DNA of 63,412 nucleotides from Octopus bimaculoides. Lineage: Eukaryota. Positions 55,150-63,412 of this stretch are shown piece by piece (within the stretch, counting starts at the first letter, position 1; each line of letters opens with the position of its first letter). Location: assembly GCF_001194135.2 (NCBI RefSeq), contig NC_068999.1, forward strand, positions 15,399,324 to 15,462,735. The letters are read 5' to 3'. Under the pieces are notes generated by a model, which worked only from the letters and a program-made list of their open reading frames with translations, searched no databases and was not told the DNA's origin. The translations under genes were made by a program, and so were the position numbers.

Positions 55150-55485
55150 ATATGAGTGAAAGAGAAAGAAGTAGAATTCTCGAAATTCTTCATTACTCAC
55201 TACGGCCGTTTCGACTTTTCGTGAATGTGTACCTCTTGGGTGGAGTTTTGTACAAATAATTGTGGTGCATCGTTCGGTATAGAGCTGCCTCGTCAGGTGA
55301 ATTGCCATATGGCACCTCGTTCGCCAATCTCTTTGGCTAATTTCAATCCAACTGATGCACATCCGAAGTGAATGATGCATCACACCTATAACTGAGTAGC
55401 CCCTACCTCGAATATGAGGGGTTATGTGCTCGTTGTAGACAGGATTATTAATATAATTTTTATTATCACTTTTATTATTATTATT

Positions 55486-56001
55486 GAGAGAGAAAGCAGG
55501 GAATGCCATCAGAGTATATCCATCATGACTACCCGTCTGATAAGGGTACACAAGGCACATGCATCATAGCCATATGTGCGCGACATGATGATCTCATATC
55601 AACAGAAACAGCGCATAGGGCCCTGTTAGAATTTTCTTCAGGGTTGAGTAGCCCATCCTACTCAAAATGTCCCTGAATAAATTTTGTTTAAGGACGATGA
55701 ACAAAACACCCATGTTTCCAAACGTGAATTATTCAAATCCCAAAGAATTCCTCTCAACACATGGCTATGATGCTCCACCGCTACTTCTGCTCGTAATCAG
55801 AGATTCACATATCGTCAGCTACTAATTGGCATGCTCAACTGATGAAGGTAAAGCAACAGATAATCGAATCTGTGGTAATGAGCAGAATATTTTCTGTGGC
55901 CCGTCTTTTATACCAACACAAAACAATGTGCATAATATCACTTTCAATCAGTTAAGATCTAAACACATTAGAGCTACTGTCTGGTACTGTATCAGGGCAT
56001 T
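55486..56001. mobile_element. Unclassified interspersed repeat X, copy 2, with (TTA)-rich tracts on both sides
   Basis: Colinear with 48641-49112; begins after TTATTATTATTATT and ends ATCAGGGCATTAATTATTAT. Confidence 0.8.
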
Positions 56002-56004
56002 AAT

Positions 56005-56453
56005 TATTATTAATTTTATTTTATGTTTGACTTTTCCTTTGCATTTGTACAAGTTGGATCCAAGTCTCACCCAGAGACCTCAAGAGACAACAAGTTAGAA
56101 GTTCATGTAGGTGTTATGCCTACGGTACCATATATTTGGATTTGTACATAGTGTTGTTCTAGAGAATGTTTAAGAAACCATAAGAAAATTAAGATCACAT
56201 AGACAGTATTTTACGTAGGATATGGGCAGTTCCCATGAGCACTATCTTTTGAGCTTCAGCCAATTTGGGGTTTCCTGGTATCTGAGCTAGGTAGTAATCA
56301 GCCCGTTTCACTGTTATTCCAGGGCACCTATGACAATAGGTATTGTTTTAGTTTTCAGGTTCCACATTTTGCTAATTTCTATTTCAAGATCTTTATATTT
56401 GCTCAGTTTTTGGTAGGTCTTGACAGATACGTTTATATCGATTGGGACAGTTA

Positions 56454-56513
<60 letters not shown>

Positions 56514-56514
56514 C

Positions 56515-56571
<57 letters not shown>

Positions 56572-57210
56572 GTGCTGGTGGAACTGTTAGAGCATGGAAC
56601 AAAATGCTTAATGTTATTTCTTCCGGCACTTTATCCGGCATTTTGTTTTCTTGTGGACGATAAAATCCAGCGTTAATTAAACTCTGTGGTAGATAGATCT
56701 TGAGCAGATAAAATGAAGACTTGACAGTCTACCTTTAGCCCTGAGCTTCTTTGCCGCTGATAGGTGTGTTTCTGGTCAACATCAGCTTGATTACTACGAG
56801 CCACTTATTTACCGTGCTGCGGTTTCTGTTTACATCTACCAGTCAATTGTTTATGCGCATTTTTTTTTTTTTGCCATGCGGTTTACGTTCTTAGCAACAA
56901 CACTTGACCTGCTTCTTACAGGCTGTTCAGCCTGGATATCCTTCATGAAATCAATACCAAATATCCTGCTCTCTTCCAAGATAGAAAGCAGCTTCTAACG
57001 CCTTTTCGTGATTTTCAACGAGATTTAGCATTCAGTCATTAACTGTTTCAAGATACTTGGCTAGTTCAGTACCGGTGACTTTATAAGAAATTGTAACCTG
57101 TATCGATCCACGATCTCCTTGAGATCTGGGAGGGTAAAGACGATTCACATATGCCTTTGGATGGTGCATCTTATTACAAGGCAGTAGTTTGCGAAATTTT
57201 CGCTCAATTT
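56005..57210 (-). mobile_element. R4/Dong-clade LINE 3' part (post-RT region, restriction-like endonuclease, 3' UTR), interrupted
   Basis: IERKFRKLLPCNKMHHPKAYVNRLYPPRSQGDRG; ADVDQKHTYQRQRSSGLK..FILSAQD; VPIDINVSVKTYQKLSKYKDLEIEISKMWNLKTKTIPIVIGAL...KIVLMGTAHILRKILSM* (stop 56195-97). Interrupted by (TTA)n at 56452-56570 and a SINE C head at about 56571-56640. Confidence 0.9.
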
Positions 57211-57249
57211 TCTTTATTTCACTGATATTCTAATTTAACACGTTATTAC

Positions 57250-57253
57250 TATC

Positions 57254-57287
<34 letters not shown>

Positions 57288-57288
57288 T

Positions 57289-57320
<32 letters not shown>

Positions 57321-57327
57321 TCATCAG

Positions 57328-57368
<41 letters not shown>

Positions 57369-57410
57369 GCATCATCATCAAAATCATCATCATTATCATC
57401 ATCATTATTC
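57250..57410. repeat. (CAT)n/(CAC)n microsatellite
   Basis: Direct reading. Confidence 0.95.
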
Positions 57411-57886
57411 CTGCGGTCTAAATAGCAAATGATTGATTACTCTCGATGGGTTAATAAGTTTGACTGTGCACGACCTACGAAAATGAATCAATGACAGAAT
57501 TATTGTTAAAAGGTACAGCAATATTTCAATGACTTGTAGACTACAATCACTACTCTACCTCTATTAAAGTTTTCGAAGAGCACAACAGTTGGGAAATATT
57601 TTTGTATTTGTATATAAATATTCGTGAGTGTTTATTACACACTATACTACTGCAATTCCCAAGAAATGCATTGCGACTTCAAATGCAGTAAGCATTCTCA
57701 CATCTATCATATAGCTAATTTCGTTTTATATATATATATATATATATATAAATAGCTAGACAGACAGAGATAAACAGACAGACAGGCATGGATGTTATTT
57801 ACACCTCCTGTCCTCGTCTGTTGTTATTATTTGTATATTCTCCCATATATAGATAGACAGACAGACAGACAAACAGAGATAGATAT

Positions 57887-57941
<55 letters not shown>

Positions 57942-58370
57942 TTTCAGTAAAGTCACAAGTAACAAATAAGTACACAAACGTAATAAACTGCCTATCGTGT
58001 CTGCGTATTTGAAGCAAATTCGACATTAATCAAAGAAATTTTATAACACTAAATTTAGGAATACATAACGAACACTATAAGTATGAATACAAAAGAAGTA
58101 TTAGAATATATATTTTAGCATATAGAATTTGTATCATTTCGAGTTATACAAATTCAACTAGAAAATAGGTAGCTTTGTCAAATGATATTTTATTAAAATA
58201 ACATTCATTAACAAGTAAGCGATATCGACATATAAGATAGACCTATAGAGAAGAATGGAACTTCTCTGCTAACTTATATTCTCTCATGTATTTTTATACA
58301 TATAGATATAAACATGTGAGCTGATTCCATGTATTTACATCTGTGTCTGAAGCAGGAATTTTCTTCGTAA

Positions 58371-58442
58371 CAAGATAGAAAGTAGCTTCTAACGCCTTCT
58401 CGAGATTTTCAACGAGATTTAGCATCCACTCATTAACTGTTT
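58371..58442 (-). mobile_element. 72-bp second fragment of the R4/Dong element
   Basis: 67/72 identical to 56977-57048, same orientation. Confidence 0.85.
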
Positions 58443-58682
58443 TATCGTGTTTCTTTTAATTGTGTCAGTCATTAGATTGCGGCCATGCTTGGCCACCACC
58501 TTGAATATTTTTCTTTTGCCCCATATACGATGCATGGTGCATAGAAGCACTGGCACATACGGTGACAAGCGAGAATCATCTGGTATGGATGCCAGAACCG
58601 CCAGATCACGTAATTGTTGTATATACATTCGTACACACACACACATACGCGCGCGCGTGCACACACACACACGCACACACAC

Positions 58683-58719
<37 letters not shown>

Positions 58720-61700
58720 TATATATANNNNNNNNNNNNNNNNNNNNNNNNNNNNNNNNNNNNNNNNNNNNNNNNNNNNNNNNNNNNNNNNNNNNNNNNN
58801 NNNNNNNNNNNNNNNNNNNNNNNNNNNNNNNNNNNNNNNNNNNNNNNNNNNNNNNNNNNNNNNNNNNNNNNNNNNNNNNNNNNNNNNNNNNNNNNNNNNN
58901 NNNNNNNNNNNNNNNNNNNNNNNNNNNNNNNNNNNNNNNNNNNNNATCGAGCTGTTAGTTCATTCTGGTTGAGGTTTCATTTCTTTACATTATGTTGAAT
59001 CCAAGGCCAGAATTTTCCGTTTGCAGACAATCGACAGCAAACCATAGACTATTTTTAGCATGGTGTTATACATGTAAATACAACGGTTCGGTCTTCGTTG
59101 ATTAATTACATTTTCTTTTGAACTATATTTATTCATTCTGTTAACAATAGTGATATGCCGATTTTCTCATACATTTATCTCCTCAGATATTTTATTGATT
59201 ACTGTGAGGAGATGAAGAATAAGTAAAGCACGTGATGCTAGGATTAAGTATCTTTTCTTCATTACGCAAAGTATATAAATAGATATTATAAATACTTCAT
59301 TAATACATTTTTACTGTGATAAAGCCAGGTCAGTTCGTGCAAATGGCAGTACACTATGCCAGATTATCCGCGCTATTTATTTTCATTGAATATCATCAAA
59401 GCTCTTCTCGTGTGTCACTCTATATGTTCGATAAAATACGTGCAATCATTTTACTTGTGTAAAATCAATTGACTATTTACATGTCTACTATGAAAAATGA
59501 CCCAAGGCCTTAAAAAAACGTTAGAGACAAGAAAAATCGTTAAAAAATCAATATTTATTAATTAGTATTTTACCTAACAGGAATTGTAATTACTTTATTA
59601 TCTAAAAACAATAAGATATAACAGAGGAGGATATCATATATTAATGAGTTTGTTGTATAATCAGAGTAACAATGCATGTAATTTATATGTATATATAAGG
59701 AAAATGTACTTTAATGCTCGCATTATTGAATGTTTAAAATAGATTCTCATCTCTTTGGTTCCATACGTAATCCTGCAACACAGGACTTTGAATAGGTATT
59801 TTCTATCATATGTTCAAATGGAGAAAGGATTTCTCTCCTTAGAGAGCAATCCTTTCTCTCCTTAGAGAAAAGATTGCTGAGAATATTTTAGTTTATAAGA
59901 AATTTGTGGAATAACATCTGAAGCGCCATAGTTCTTTTGGAGAGTTAGACATTATTACTCGCTGCATTTCAATTATCTTCTGGTTCTTGTTCGCAATTAA
60001 CGGGATATAATTTTGAGTGTGTCTTTATCTCTTTCTTTCATTCGTGTATGAAGCCTTGAACATATTGCATACAGTGTAGATTCACGTCTGATCTGATTAA
60101 GCCGCAAGTAAATGAATAATAAATGAATTGCCAAAATTTATAGAATGGTCATAAATAATAGTTCAACATATCTCATAAATTCTGACATTTCATTTCTCAT
60201 TCCGTATTTATAGATACAGTGGATTATATACGATGTTAATTGCTTCAGATCTGACCACAGCCTGATTTGAAATGTAATATTATAATGTGTTCATTAGATG
60301 TGTGCTATGAAATGTCTATGTGCTTTGATAAGTAAGTACAACGTCATACTACTTTCTCAACCTAGGGAAAGGTCGGTAAATTCCATTAATTGACCCTTTT
60401 CATAGAATCGCTGATTGCGTATGGATTTCGATCATCTACATTTATAAAGCAAAATTAAAAAATATACAAAATTAAAAAAAAATTGCATTAAAAACAATAA
60501 ATATTTCGCTTTATTTAAACAAATGTCATCGATATACTGAACGAAATCAACGAAGAACAATAAATAAAACCAGTCATGTTATAATCATAAGGTCGGAAGA
60601 TGTTAATGTAAGGTGATTGTTTGGTGTGTTTTAGTTATTTTTTTATATATATATTGGGCAGGAAATTAGTGAGCTTTAGCCTGAAAAGAGCACGCTCTTC
60701 TACATTGAGTTGAATAGAAAATCAGCATTCATGATATTCAGAAAAGCTTCAGATGTTTATTTAAAACGTGCATAGCCTCAGACGCAAAGCGGCAAAGCTC
60801 AGAATTTTCCTTAAATGTTTTTTTCCTTGCTCTTGTCGTTTGTTGTCGTTTTCTGTTCTTGCAATTCCTCTCTGAATAGTGACGTCATTTGCATCTGAAT
60901 TATTGCCGGCTCGTACAGGTGGCGGTATACAACCCCGTCTAATTACTGCACTATTTATGCATGAAATTCTATGTAGAAGACACATAAATTCTGTATATAT
61001 ATCAAATCACTCTTATATCTCTCAGGAATGAATACATTACTGCTGCTCCTACCAACAAGTGAACACTAACCACACTGTATGTGTGTATGGGTGTGACACA
61101 CGTACATACATCCACACACATAAATACTGACACATATACATATGTGCATGTATATGTGTGTGTGAGTGCATCAGTGCGTGTACATCTTTGTGTATAAAAA
61201 TATGTAGAATATCTCAAACTGTACCCGTGGACTATGCTGATAGCAAACCAAGCAGAACCGAAACGTCAACGTTACGGTTACAGCATAATTACCACTTCTA
61301 CCATTTACGAACAGGAACTCGCCCACTGACCCCAACTCTATCGTTTTCATTACCAAATTTATCCAGCGATTTTGGTCAAAAGATTTTTTAAAAAGTAGAA
61401 TGTTATTTAACCCAAGATACTGAGTTGCGAGAGAGTACCAGCAATCATGTGGTTGACGAGCATTTTTATTAGGCATTATAAGGAATCCAGGCAACGCTCC
61501 CCATTTATACCTGCTCCGATAAAACGGAGTTAAAATTCATAGAATGGAATATTTGTATGAAGTAGACATTTTGAAGGAGAATTGTCAAAACGTCAAAAAT
61601 CGCTGTTAAAACACAAAATAATGTAATATCAATCTATGATTCAAATTGCATTTCATTAACTTGTCTTCACATTCATACATCCACATTCACATTCATACAT

Positions 61701-62809
61701 ACATGCATTTTAACAATGGAAACGATATCTATCTCTCTATTTATCTATCAATATATATATGCAGTTCAAATTTATAGAAAAACAATGTGTATGTGTGTGT
61801 GCTTGTGTTTGTATTCATTCATACCATACGCACACATATATTTGATTACATTTATAACTTTATAAATATATACATGGGCGTTCGTGTGTAGATATAGATA
61901 TATATTTATATATATACCTACATACATATATACATTTATATATGTATATATGTGTGTGTGTACATATATATACGTATACATACAAATACATACATATATA
62001 CACAACGATTCACACAAGAAATCTTCTCTCACCTCATTTATTAAATTATTCAAGGTAAAACGCGAGAGCATAATGGAAAACAAAGTTTATAATATATATC
62101 AACTCTCCAGTTATCATGATTCGTGATAATATAGGTCTGTGCAGGGAATGTGGCTGTAAGATTAATATTTATACATAAAATGGATATGACAGAAGCAATT
62201 AAATCAATAGGACCTCCCCGGCTTGCCAAGTGAATTTTCAGTTGCAATTTCCTTCCCCGTAGTGTAATTGCTCCGGAATTCTGACTAGCCGTGCATAAAT
62301 CACTAATGGTATATACTAAAACTTTCCCAAATTTAAATAATTCGATTTTCATGTAATAATAAGCGATCTTTTATCCAACTACACATGATATATTAGGTTT
62401 GACAAGTGTTAAGGGCATTAGGAAATCGAATTATTACAATTAGGACGTTTTATGAGCATTTAATATATAGGTGTCCATGCCATTTTATATACATGTATAT
62501 ATGTATGCGTATATATGTATACGTATATATATATACGTATATATATATACGTATATATATATATATACACGTGTATTTATATATGTGTGTGTGTGTGTGT
62601 GCGTGTGTGCGTGTGTGTGTGTGTGTGTGTACACGATAATATTGTAGATATAAAAATATATATGCCCATACATACATATATATCTTTGCATGTGTACTCT
62701 TGTGTGTGCGACCATATATATGTGTGTGTATATATATGTATATATATATATCTATATATATGAAAATACATATGTGTATGTATATATATATATATGTGAA
62801 TATAAATGC

Positions 62810-62878
<69 letters not shown>

Positions 62879-63169
62879 AGAGAATACGCATACAGAAACA
62901 CGAGTGTACATATCTTACTGCAGTTATGGAAACATACATATAGGAACGCCTTTGCAGAATTATGTAAATACGCTTGTGCCTATGCGTACATATATGCGTA
63001 TGGTGTTACGTACTAAGTGTGTGAACACATGTGCGTGAAGTGTAAGAACGGCGTTGCATTCTATATTTACTAAATACATGGCCCACCTTTTTGGTATGGA
63101 AAATCAACTAAGTGGGTGCAATAATTTAGGAGTAAATTTGCGTTTATGTATCTGGCTAATTGTCTATTT

Positions 63170-63203
63170 AGTAAGATAGATGGACAGATAGATAGATAGA
63201 TAT

Positions 63204-63254
<51 letters not shown>

Positions 63255-63255
63255 T

Positions 63256-63307
<52 letters not shown>

Positions 63308-63340
63308 GTAGGTAGGTAGGTAGGTAGGTAGGTAGGTAGA
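63170..63340. repeat. (GATA)n-(GGTA)n microsatellite
   Basis: Direct reading. Confidence 0.95.
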
Positions 63341-63341
63341 T

Positions 63342-63412
63342 ACATTTCTTTTATTAGCCACACAGGGCTCAACGAAGATGGGACAAATACAATGTAGAGC
63401 TTTCTTTTTGGG
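63342..63412 (-). mobile_element. 3' end of a SINE family C-like copy, running off the window
   Basis: Reverse complement TTTGTCCCATCTTCGTTGAGCCCTGTGTGGCTAATAAAAGAAAT resembles the 3' end of 25013-25200. Confidence 0.55.

Noticed and set aside
59821-59858. Small hairpin GAGAAAGGATT...AATCCTTTCTC with adjacent duplication
   Set aside because: Stem of about 16 bp is too short for a pre-miRNA; probably a local template-switch scar.
62050-62352. 100-codon minus-strand ORF (also 61171-61494)
   Set aside because: No recognisable domain or ATG/splice context; one or two ORFs of this length are expected by chance in 63 kb.

Overview
AT-rich animal genomic DNA from a gapped short-read scaffold: 10 N-gaps total about 4.7 kb (~7.5%), and most abut (AT)n or other microsatellites. 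The interspersed-repeat families and very high microsatellite load match my recollection of Octopus (coleoid cephalopod) DNA; this is recall, not a database result. I could not recognise any intact host gene, RNA gene or CRISPR array, and most ORFs in the track are translations of microsatellites, N-runs or repeats. The window is a graveyard of decayed mobile elements: R4/Dong, RTE, Tx1/L1 and CR1/L2-type LINEs, a Penelope-like element, a Gypsy pol fragment, two mariner and one Tc1 transposase remnants, a Tc1/mariner MITE, and many tRNA-like SINE copies of about four families. The most unusual structure is at 44.9-47.3 kb. There, a 167-bp inverted repeat with a single mismatch brackets 1.13 kb, and 0.4 kb further on a 19-bp internal motif of a SINE has expanded into a 22-unit minisatellite with 57/114-bp higher-order structure. 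A few splice-site-flanked short segments may be exons of an unrecognised plus-strand gene, but this is weak. I found no convincing evidence of a novel multi-gene system.
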